DNA from: Octopus sinensis
Lineage: Eukaryota
Length of the DNA stretch: 15,508 bases
Direction: 5' to 3'
Assembly (NCBI RefSeq): GCF_006345805.1
Contig: NW_021825678.1
Coordinates: 1 to 15,508 of the forward strand
Position numbers and translations under genes: made by a program. Below the pieces are notes generated by a model. The model did no database searches. It saw only the letters and a program-made list of their open reading frames with translations, and was not told the DNA's origin. This document shows, piece by piece, positions 1-9,683 of the stretch. How positions within the stretch are numbered: the stretch's first letter is position 1; every line of letters begins with the position of its first letter.

Positions 1-139
1 AGAAATTATTTGATATACGTCTTTGTTTACTTTACATATACGATTCTTTGATTCTTTGTTGTGTGCGTATGGATGTGTGTAAGTCGGTTGGTGTTTTCTG
101 TATTCCACTATAAATATATAAATTAGATATTAATATAGT

Positions 140-155
140 TATAATGAACAAGAAC

Positions 156-216
<61 letters not shown>

Positions 217-554
217 ACATATATAAAATATATGATATCAATATAAAAATGTAATATATTGTTTTATGTGTAAGTGCTTATGTATTTGCTCAAGTGTCTA
301 CATGGTCTCACACATTATGGAAAAAACAGACGTACACAAGTGCGTCGATGTACACAATTTCTATATTCTCAGATGCCTCGAATATACCGCAAGACTTGGT
401 ATTCAGACAAACACCATAAAATAATGTACATTCACGACTTCACACCAAAGTACACACTTACGGACATGGAGAGATACAGGTGAACAGAGATAGACAGACA
501 CATACCATACATATATAAATGCGTACATACATATATACATACATATATAATATT

Positions 555-585
<31 letters not shown>

Positions 586-1080
586 GATTAATATATATAT
601 ACATACATATATATATATATGTTTATTTGTATATATTATGTGTGTGTATATATATATATATATATATGAATATATAGATGTATGTGTATTTATATAAGTA
701 TATATGCACACAATTATAAATAGATAATACAAATACACACTTTCACATATGCATATATATATATTCACAGATGCTCACATACATATATGCATACATTAAT
801 ACACACATACATACATACGTACATACTTACATACATACTTACATACATACGTACATTCATACATACATATACACACCTTTTGTGCATGCGTGAATTTGTA
901 TGTGCTTCGATATAGTACAAAATATATATGAAAAACGATATATGTATGTGTATATATATATATATACATAAATACGATATATATAATATATATGTGTATA
1001 TAAATTACTATTTGTATAAATATGTGTGCGTATGCTTATACACACACACAACACACACATATCATATACACATACACGAG
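140..1080. repeat. (TA)n, (TACA)n and (CA)n microsatellite tracts (interrupted by the unique island ~245-500)
   Basis: Direct reading: long tatata runs at ~140-240 and 500-770, and tacatacatac at ~780-870. Confidence 0.95.
373..479 (+). CDS. Candidate coding exon A of an unidentified host gene (MPRIYRKTWYSDKHHKIMYIHDFTPKYTLTDMERY-)
   Basis: Acceptor tttctatattctcAG|ATG at 372/373 and donor CAG|GTGAAC at 479/480. 107 nt, only one frame open, ends in phase 2. Non-repetitive island between (TA)n tracts. Confidence 0.5.
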
Positions 1081-1451
1081 CGATACTTCAATTAATGGTA
1101 AACGTCACATTCAAAACTAAAAAGCTGAAGAGCTAACTTAATCTCATTTAAAAATATTAACAAAAACTATACTTTGTTGGCTTTTAACAAAATTGCTTTA
1201 GATTTCGTGGAGTGCATATGCAAATATGTGCACGCACACAGACAGATACACATAGCCACGCACACACACATATACACTTGTACACACTCACTCACACTCG
1301 TATATTATTATTTCTCTCCTTCAGTGGTATTTTTAACAATATACGTCTTTCTCTGGCTGTATGTGTGGTGACTATTTGCCTCGCAGTTTCATAGTATGTC
1401 TTCCTCTCTCTGTGTACATATGGATATATATACATATATATATTCCTATCC

Positions 1452-1960
1452 ATGTCTCCACCTGTCTCCTTTTCTCTAATACATTTCTCTCTTTTTATTT
1501 TTCTCCTTTTTAAACCAAACTCTTTGCTAATTGTTATCTCTTTCTTTCTCTGTCTCTTTCTGTCTCTCTCTCCTTCTCCTTCTCTCTCTCCCTCTCTCGC
1601 TGTATGTATCTCTATCTCTCTCTTCCTCTCTCTCTCGCTTTCTCTCTTTTCATCTCTCGTTCTCCCTCTCTCTTTCTCTCTCGCTCTCTCTGTCGCTCTC
1701 TTTCTCTGTCTGTATCTCTCTCTTCCTCTCTCGCATTTTCGCTCTGCTTCTCTCTATTTCTCCCTCTCTCTTTCTCTTTCGCTCTCTGTCTCTCTCTTTC
1801 TCTGACTGTCTGTCTTTCTCTCTTCCTCTCTCTTGATTTTCCTCTCTCTTTCTCTCTCTTTCTTTCTCCTTCTCTCTTTCTCTCCAGCTTTCTCTGCCTC
1901 TCTCTCTGTCAGTTTCTTCCTCTCCCTTTCTCTATTCACCGTACCTCTTCTGTCTCTCAG
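1452..1960. repeat. Degenerate (TC)n polypyrimidine low-complexity tract
   Basis: About 500 nt almost entirely C/T on the + strand. It produces the SLSL/ERER ORFs in the track. Confidence 0.95.
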
Positions 1961-2890
1961 TCGCTTGTAACCTGTACCTCTTCATTTTTCTATTTACATC
2001 AAATTCTTCCTCATGTTGTTTATGCTTTTTATACTTTCTCTTTAACTCTTTTATTCTCGTCTTCAACGCTTTACATTCCTCTATACCTGTTGTTTACATC
2101 CTGGTAAGCCATCATCGAAGAAACACATCATCGAATATTAACACCGAGATCTGATCCTGGGTCTTCCGCGTTCGCCGCCATGCTCGAGCGAGTCACGGAA
2201 AATTGCCTCGCTGGCGATCGTGGAATCAGGTCTCTCTGGTCCTTACTACAACACCATACTCCATACCACAAAAGTGTGTGGTTAGAAGATAATTTGGCTT
2301 CCGGGAGTCTTTAAAGTGTCATTAGTTCTTTTCACAGTTTCGGTACTTCCGGTCCAGTCACATTGCATTACAGCTTTAGAATATTTTCCACTATAACCAC
2401 ATCGAGTCAGCGAAAGCATTCGATTCTAAATTTTGTAGTCGGAAACGAAGCGAAAATTCCGTTCAAGAGAGCGTTCCTGTTTGCCGGGAATTGATTCAAT
2501 CTGTAACGATATCGAACACCAATATATCGCTTTGGGGCTGCTTCTGCAAGATCAGACTAATTCGCAAGAATTCAGATCCACTTTCTCCGTTCTTACATCA
2601 ATTCTGAAATGTACAAAGGGATTTAGAACTCTTCCTTCGAATGCGTGATAAGAAATAACCGAATGACTAGTACATACAATTAGTCGCAGTCCCCTCTCTA
2701 CGCGATTCTATTACGTATAACCGTAATAGAATCGCAAATCACATGCCCCCAGTAGATTATTAATACCATTCCTAGCAATTCTAGTATAAACAACAGGCCC
2801 AGCAGTTAACCATCCGTAAGCTACATTGACCTGTCATACAATATTCAAATCTGATAAAATAAGAAACTATGGAAGATATATGTTCTTTAG

Positions 2891-2960
2891 AATCCGTTTA
2901 TGTTTTGTGTATTCAAGTGTACGGAATTGGCCTGGCACTTATGATACGGAGACAAATGAG
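2891..2960 (+). CDS. Candidate coding exon B ((R)IRLCFVYSSVRNWPGTYDTETNE)
   Basis: Acceptor atgttctttAG| at 2890 (in-frame alternative AG at 2917) and donor GAG|GTAAAA at 2960/2961. 70 nt = 1+69, so it completes the phase-2 codon of exon A and ends in phase 0 with no stop. Confidence 0.5.
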
Positions 2961-3347
2961 GTAAAAGAAACATAGATTTAAAATAGACAGCAAATACATT
3001 CAAATGTTTTTATCAGTGAGATATAGATTTTGTACGCTAAAAACGAAAGATTGAAGAATTATTTATTTACGTTTTTGCTATTGAAAGCGAAGTGTAACAG
3101 ATTTTATGACACCTCTTTCAGAAAAGGGAAACACATGCACGTACGCACGCACGGTCACATACGCGCACATGGCCACACACATGCACACTCACACACATAC
3201 ATTCTATATATATATATATATAAATATATACCATATTAGGGAGCATAACCTCAAACTTACAGGGAAAAATTCAATTTAGTATTAAATCAAATTTCACAAT
3301 ATAAATATATTAATTTGTATGTATGTATATATATATATACATTCAAA

Positions 3348-3556
3348 ATGTGACCGCGTGTGTACCGTTGGCGATTTTTTTTCTCCGTCTTCCCTTCTTT
3401 GGATCTTTCCTTTTCCTATGTTTCTGGCGAAGAGCTCTGCTCGAAACGTTAAACCTTCCTTCTTCCCTTCTTTCCTGAGCGTCCAATAATACTATATTTG
3501 TCCCACGTCCTCGTGTTGTTGTCTTTTCTCTTTGTGTTTTCATGTTTGTATTAACT
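3348..3556 (+). mobile_element. ~200-bp hammerhead-carrying short element, copy 1 (Penelope-like pLTR fragment or retrozyme-like)
   Basis: Aligns end to end with 4140-4337 (both start atgtgacc and end attaact-(TA)n). Contains the hammerhead-like motif at 3420-3454. Confidence 0.8.
3420..3454 (+). ncRNA. Minimal type I hammerhead ribozyme motif, core variant CUGGCGA
   Basis: gttt ctggcga a gagc-tct-gctc gaa acgt t aaac. Stem I GUUU/AAAC, stem II GAGC/GCUC, palindromic ACGU helix III, putative GUU cleavage triplet. A6 of the canonical CUGANGA core is G. Confidence 0.6.
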
Positions 3557-3578
3557 TTATATATATTTATGATGATAG

Positions 3579-3830
3579 TCCACTGACGAGGAAGTGAAAA
3601 CTGTAGTGGAGAAGTGGCTCAAAGAACAGTCAACAGAATATTACGGAGCAGGGATACATGCTCTGATTCGAAGGTCGAACATTGCTATTGAGAGAAACGG
3701 TGACTATACTGAGCAGTAAGGATATGATCCACAGAGGGCCAGCTTCATTTTGATGTATTATACATGTGCCGGTGTTGTTAATTATATCTGTCCGAATCAA
3801 AATGGCTTTACTCTTTGACTCACCCTCATA
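3579..3830 (+). mobile_element. Tc1/mariner (mariner-type) transposon 3' end: transposase C-terminus plus right TIR
   Basis: 3579-3719 translates STDEEVKTVVEKWLKEQSTEYYGAGIHALIRRSNIAIERNGDYTEQ*, matching the mariner C-terminal pattern SDEEVK..V..WL..Q..EFY..GI..L..RW...I...GDY.E. Ends ctttgactcaccctca|TA, whose reverse complement is TA-tgagggtgagtcaaa, a mariner-like TIR. Confidence 0.85.
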
Positions 3831-4139
3831 CACAGGTATATATATATATATCTTTGAGTTTGTCATTTCCACTGATTATGTTCCGCTTCATTAGGATGAA
3901 AACATCTGAATTTTGGCAAAATTCATCACCCTTATAGTTGAGGTGCCATTTCTGTGAAGCGGCCATAGGCTGACTTTATTCAACAATGAAGGCGAACAAA
4001 TTGTGTGTTCTGCCCGTGGCGTAGTGTTAAAAAAACATTTTACTGGTATTACCCTGAAAAAATGAAATGGAACTTGAATACCAACGAAATATAGCTACAA
4101 TGTATATGTGTGTGTTTCCAGATATATATATATGGAAAC

Positions 4140-4332
4140 ATGTGACCTCGTGAGCACCGCCAGCAATTTTTTTCCTCTGTCTTCCCTTCTCGGGATCTTT
4201 CCTTCTCCTTTGTTTCCGACGAAGAGCTCCGCTCGAAACGTTAAACCCCCCTTCTTTCCTGAGCGTCCAATAATACTTTATTTGTTTCACGTCCTCGCGT
4301 TGATGTGTTGTTTTTGTGTTTTCTTGTTTGAT

Positions 4333-4337
<5 letters not shown>
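4140..4337 (+). mobile_element. ~200-bp hammerhead-carrying short element, copy 2
   Basis: Homologous to 3348-3556, with (TA)n on both sides. Motif at 4212-4246. Confidence 0.8.
4212..4246 (+). ncRNA. Minimal type I hammerhead ribozyme motif, core variant CCGACGA
   Basis: gttt ccgacga a gagc-tcc-gctc gaa acgt t aaac. All stems are intact and U4 of the core is C. Confidence 0.65.
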
Positions 4338-4368
<31 letters not shown>

Positions 4369-4508
4369 TAAAAAATGGAGTTAACGCAGGTTTAAACAAG
4401 TATTTTTTACTTTCGACACATGTTTCGATTTACCTTGTTAACAAGGTAAAAAATACACTCATCTATTTATATATATATATATTTTTATATATATATATAT
4501 ATATATAG

Positions 4509-4539
<31 letters not shown>

Positions 4540-5439
4540 ATTTATACATATATGAACGCACACACACATATGTACACATTGGTTTCTACACACACCACAT
4601 ACCACAATTCAGATGAATTAGGTACTTAAATTGAGGCACCTTGCTAGGTTGTAACAATAGGCACATCCAAACTATATTAAGTGCATATCAAACTCGGTGC
4701 AAAAGTGCCAGCACCTGATATTCTTGCAGTGTATGCAGACAATACGACCCAGCTGAGTGAGGAGATATGCTCTTGGCTATTCAGATATGTATTTTATATT
4801 AAAATACCTTCTATCATAATTCCGAAGAGCAGATTCCAGGAATAACTGAATAAAATATAATTGAATAGCACACGGAGATACAGGTGTCCATTCATTAATT
4901 CACACCTGTACGCGTATGTTACTCATTTATATATATATATATATATTAGTCGTCATAAAATACAGTGTACATTCAAACACATAAGCGTATTTTGAAAAAA
5001 TGCCTTTGCGGCAGGCGAAGACAACAGTGTTAACATGACAGCGGTCAAAGGCGAAAAGAACGCCAGCCAAGTTAAGTTAAATTGTCTGAAGTCGTAAGAC
5101 TCCCGCTGTCCTGTTATTACTGTTCTTTTTTTTATTTTTATTTTTTTGTTTCTTGTATTTACATTCGTGTGACATCGTCCGGTTTTCTGTCCTTGTTTCG
5201 TATACATTCGATCCTTTTTCCAAGAAATCTAATGGTCGGAGCTGGCCGGATCGGAGCGATATCAGGATTACTCAGCTGAAATTGCTAAGATGATCCGGTT
5301 TCTGACTGAAGATTAGAGGCTTCGAATGACCTGTCTGTTTTTTGTGTCGTCTCTTTGTGTGGTTTGCGTTCTTGTCCCCTTTTGTACATCTTATATTAAG
5401 TTTATACATATATTAGTGCGGCGTAACGTACCCCTTTCT

Positions 5440-5479
<40 letters not shown>

Positions 5480-5483
5480 TTAA

Positions 5484-5757
5484 TGCTTAACAAACGTTGG
5501 ATATATAATTTATGATGCGGAGGTAAAATCAATCTGTTCACACGACGTATTCGTGAGACTCGAAAACGCCCTCTCAAACGACGTCTACCAACCTCTTGTC
5601 ACAATCAATACGCTACTCTTTATAAGATTTCAGCTAGTCCATTCTCCCAACCTCCTAGAGCTATCAATGACTCTTCCCCTTTGAGATTGACTTTCGTTGG
5701 AAGTTCGTATTATTATTTTTATTTAATATATTTTTTATTTATTTTTATTTCATCACA
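5484..5757 (-). mobile_element. Probable 3' LTR of the Gypsy element
   Basis: On the minus strand, the pol stop (5791) is followed by a purine tract gaaaagcgaga (5758-5768) and then TGTGATG at 5757. A TATA-like cttataaag lies inside. The distal end is uncertain (catcata at 5511 or ~5484). No partner 5' LTR is in the window. Confidence 0.55.
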
Positions 5758-5790
5758 TCTCGCTTTTCGAGATTTCTCTCCTAGGGAAAT

Positions 5791-7960
5791 TCAATATTTC
5801 TTCCGTTTAGGCAATACTTCTAACCGTTTTGTTTATTTCCTCTTTCTTGTACCGCTACGACTAGGTTCGATTTCTTGTGGCGTTGGAACATGAAAGGTGT
5901 CATAGAACACTTCAATGGGTATCTCTTTTCTTTTTTCCGTATATCTATTTTTAGCTGGTTTAAATGTCTTTTGTGTTCCTGTTTTCGCTTATGATCATAT
6001 ATGTCATTTTGCCTATTCTTTTTCTAACTATTCCGCCTCCTCAAGCTTCTCTTACATTTTTATAAATTTTGAAAAACACCCTGTCGCCGATATTAAAATG
6101 ATTTGTCGTATATTTAGTGTTTTCCTTATATTTTTCTTACAGGTAGTAGCTTGTCGAAAATTGACTTTAATTTTCGAGCAAACATTAGTTCCGCAGGCGA
6201 CTTACCTGAAAATATGTTTGGATTTGGTGTCAATGATGTGTCATCGACCAGCTTAGTTTCTTGCTTTCTTAAATGCTCTTTTAAATGGATCCACGAACCT
6301 TTCCGCTTCCTCATGTGATTATGGGTGATACAGACGACTAGTGATATGTTCAGTTGAGTATATCTTGCAAACGTTCTCAAATTCATTCGCCGTGAATTGT
6401 ATACCCTTATTGGAGACTATGGTATCTGAGACACCATACCTAGCAAAAAGTTCGTATAGGTATTCCACTGTTATCATGGATGTCGGTTTTCTACTTTTAC
6501 CCATTTCTGGCCATTTCTTAAAGCTATCTACCACTATTAGGTAACATAATAGGTTTGATGGTCCTGCGAAGACTGTGTAGTCAGGACCATGGAAGTTTGA
6601 AATTTTATAGGTGGTGATTTCGCTGCAAGATTTTACCAACTTCTCAATATCTAGATCCATTTTTGTCCAGTAAACATAACTTTCCATCAGAGACTTCATA
6701 CGAGAAATTCCTGGATGTCAAGTATGGTATTCCTTCAAGATTCCACCTTGTAGTGAGGTAGGCATTACGATCGTCTATGCATACATAAGCAGGTTATCAC
6801 ATATCGAATACAAATTCGAAACGTGTTGCGTCCAGTCACACATATTTTTCATTTGTTTCTTCTAATCTCATTATTTTTTCATTTTTATGATAAATTCGTC
6901 CGTCTCTGCATTAATTTTTATTTCCTCCAATGTGACAAGCAATTCACGCACAACATTGTACAATAGTTCTTTTTATTTTGGACCTTTAACGCTGCTATCA
7001 CTCTGCATTTCTCAATTTTTACGATGGTAAATACTCCACCTTGAAGTCGTAATTCAGCAGGATCGTTCCCCAGCGCTGCAACCCGTTGTCTGTATGTGTG
7101 GGGAAACAGTTCTTTGATCCATAGATCGACAATAATGTTCGGTGGTCTATCTGCAGACGGACATTCTTTCATATATGAATTTATGGAAGTTTTTTACCGC
7201 AAATATGATGCCTAATACCACTTGATCTATTTGACTGTAACTTTTCTCAGCCGGCAATAATAAACACGAAGCACGAACTACTGCTTTCAGGCTACTATCT
7301 TCATATTTGTGTAAAATCACAGCTCCAGTACCACTTTCACTAGCATATACTGCCACTTTCTAAATTCGGATCAAAATGAGATAACAATTCCGACGATAAG
7401 ACGGTTTTAATTTCTTCGAAAGCTTTTTTGACATTTGACCGACTATTTCCACTTAACATCTTTTTTTAATAGGTTATTCATGAGTGCTCTTAAATTGTAC
7501 GTATTCGGTATATATTCCTGGTAGTAATTTGCGAGCCACAAAAATGCTTGTAACGTTTTAATATTTGTTGGGAGAGGAATATTTTTTCACTCATCCTAGA
7601 CGTGTCTGGTCTGCGTCCATTTTCATCAATAATCAACCCTAGATATGTTATTTTTGGCATAAAAAAGTTCACACTTTTCCTCGCTGAGCTTAAACCCATA
7701 ATCTTTAATTCTTCCGAAGACATTTTTAACATGCTCAGCATGCTAATCCCGAGGATCACCTTTTATGAGTATGTCTTCAAGGTAAGCTACAACGAAATCC
7801 GAACCTGCGAGCATAACGTTCATAACTTGTTGCTAAATGCTAGGTGCTACCTTTATACCAAAGGGGAATCGATTGCGTTTACACAACCCATCGTGGATAT
7901 TTATTGTCAATAATTTTGAACATTCCTCGTCGAATTTTACCTGCAAATATGCCTGAGATA
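5791..7960 (-). mobile_element. Ty3/Gypsy LTR retrotransposon pol pseudogene (RT-RNaseH-integrase; Mag/K02A2.6-like), 5'-truncated
   Basis: Minus-strand translation across frameshifts and stops. RT: AYLQVKFDEECSKLLTINIH...FPFGIKVAPSI*QQVM...AYLEDILI (YxDD decayed to YLED, 7773-7784), then ITYLGLIID. RNase H: YASESGTGAVILH...AEKSYSQID...GIIFAVKNFHKFIY. Integrase zinc finger: EYHT*HPGISRMKSLMESYVYW...KSC. Integrase core: FAGP...YLIVVDSFKKWPE, LFARYGVSDTIVSNKGIQF, TPN...GKSPAELMF. Ends KRLEVLPKRKKY*. Confidence 0.95.
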
Positions 7961-7988
7961 TATTTATTATAATAATAATAAATAATAA

Positions 7989-8236
7989 ATGCGCCCTTTT
8001 AAAGCCTAGCCAGGCTCATGGGCCCGGTTTCCCAGTTTCTATGGCGTATGTGTTCCCCATGTGGATGGGACGCCAGTCCATCGCAGCGTTACTCATTTTT
8101 GCCAGCTGAGTGGACTGGAGCAACGTGAAATGAAGTGTTTTACTCAAGAACACAACGCGTCGCCCGGTCCAGGAATCGAAACCACAATCTTACGATCATG
8201 ATGCGACGCCCTAACTACTAAGCCACACAACTCCAC
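7989..8236 (-). mobile_element. tRNA-derived SINE A (CORE-like central domain)
   Basis: Reverse complement begins ggagttgtgtggcttagtagttaggg (box A) ... ggtttcgattcc (box B), then ttgtgttcttgagtaaaacacttcatttcacgttgctccag (CORE-like). (TTA)n on both sides. Confidence 0.9.
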
Positions 8237-8309
8237 TAATAATAATAATAATAATAATAATATAATAATAATAATAATAATATAATAATAAATAATAATA
8301 ATAATAATA
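8237..8309. repeat. (TAA)n microsatellite (a second tract lies at 7963-7988)
   Basis: Direct reading. Confidence 0.95.
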
Positions 8310-9598
8310 TAGATAGAAAAATACGCAAGCTGCTGAGTTGTAATAGGATGCACCACCAAGGCAGACTTAGACTTAGATCGCCTTTACCCCCAGAGCCCAA
8401 GGAGGTCGAGGCCTGATCCAATTTGAACTAGCTTACAAAACAACCACAATTGGACTGGCCAAATATCTCGAAATATCAAATGACTGGATGCTAAAAGCTC
8501 GTGGAAAATCACGAGAGACGACGAAAGAAGCTTCATTCTATTATAAAGGAAAGCAAAAATTTGCTATTGATCTCGTGCAGGATACCCAAACAGAACAACC
8601 GAGGGAAGTACGGCAATTATTGTTGCAAAGAAGGTGAAAATAATGGCAACGAAAAAAACGCACGAGCAATTGCTGATAGGTGCACGGCAATATATGGGAC
8701 CCGCAGCAAACAAGCTGATGTTGACCAGAAGCAAACCCATCAGTGGCTACGGAGCTCAGGGCTAAAAGCAGAGAGCGAAGGTTTTCATCCTGGCTGCTCA
8801 AGATCAAAGCCTATTAACCCGGAACTACCAGGCCATGTGATGAAAAATGGAGCAGACCCAAAATGCCGATTCTGCAACGACATGATTGAAACAGTGGACC
8901 ACCTAATCTCTGGATGTAAAGTCTTAGCTCCAGTGGAGTATAAATTAAGACATGACAGAAGTTGGCCAATATCTACACTGGCTAATAAGCCGGCATTACA
9001 ATACCAAAACTGCCGACAAGTGGTATAATCACCACCTGAGGTTTAACTGAGGAGAAATGTAACCATTCTGTGGGACTTTCCAGTACAATACAGACCGAAC
9101 CATCAAGGCCAATAAACCAGATATTGTTGTGAAAGACCAAAACAATAAAGTTTGCTTATTGATCGACATGAGCATCCCCTGTGATCATAATATCTCAGCG
9201 AAAGAGTTGACAAACTCAGAAAATATAAGACCTACTCATTGAAATTGAGAAAAGTGGCATCTCAAGGCGGCGGTTACAATACCAGTGATCGTATGAGCAC
9301 TAGGAATGATCAAGAAGGGAACCGAAAATTATATGAGAATGATCCCTGGCTTACCATCCCTGCAAGAAGTGCAAAAGATTGTCTTAACTGGTACATCAAC
9401 AGTATTGAGAAGAGCATTGTCGATGTGAGAACTGTTGCTGCTCATGTATTTTAATTTAACTTAAAAAAAAAAAAAAATGAACGAACTATTGAGTTTGGTT
9501 TAATGGCCTACCAATGTATACTATGAGTTTCTTTGACCTAGGAGTCGGGAAGACACTCGGCAAGAAATGGAAGCAAATTTGAAAGAACAAAAAAAAAG
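8310..9598 (+). mobile_element. R4/Dong-clade non-LTR retrotransposon 3' portion (post-RT region, CCHC knuckle, restriction-like endonuclease), frameshifted
   Basis: IDRKIRKLLSCNRMHH..ADLDRLY..R..GGRGLIQ; HQWLRSSGLKAESEGF; CRFCNDMIETVDHLISGC (C-X2-C-X8-H-X4-C, 8864-8917) followed by RHD; ILWDFPV; NKPDIVV (PD 9117-9122)...LLIDMSIPCD...KYKDL; ends VLRRALSM* at 9428. A 3' UTR and (TAA)n follow. Confidence 0.9.
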
Positions 9599-9607
9599 TA
9601 ATAATAA

Positions 9608-9638
<31 letters not shown>

Positions 9639-9683
9639 TAATAATAATAGAAATAATAATAATAATAGAAATAATAATAATAA

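Noticed and set aside
32-2107. Long ORFs rich in Y/I, S/L or E/R in the supplied track (also at 9538, 11222, 12598-12988, 13233-14048)
   Set aside because: They are translations of (TA)n, (TC)n, (TAA)n, (GAA)n and (GTT)n repeats, which lack stops in some frames.
2140-2200. tRNA-like minus-strand stretch cgcggaagacccaggatcagatctcgg
   Set aside because: No convincing box A, box B (GTTCGA) or cloverleaf.
2108-2430. RT-like words LER...GIR and IESAKAFDS
   Set aside because: They lie in different frames, and their spacing does not match non-LTR RT domains.
3578-3610. ctgacga-ggaagt-gaaa resembling a hammerhead core
   Set aside because: It is mariner coding sequence (TDEEVK). Helix I and helix III pairings do not close correctly.
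4681-4845. Open frame containing VYADNT (similar to YADD), with an AG at 4729
   Set aside because: No other RT motifs are present, and as an exon it has a stop in the phase needed after exon B.
8160-8236. Functional tRNA genes at SINE heads (also 14300-14374, 15130-15204)
   Set aside because: No complete acceptor stem or poly-T terminator, and each continues into a SINE body.
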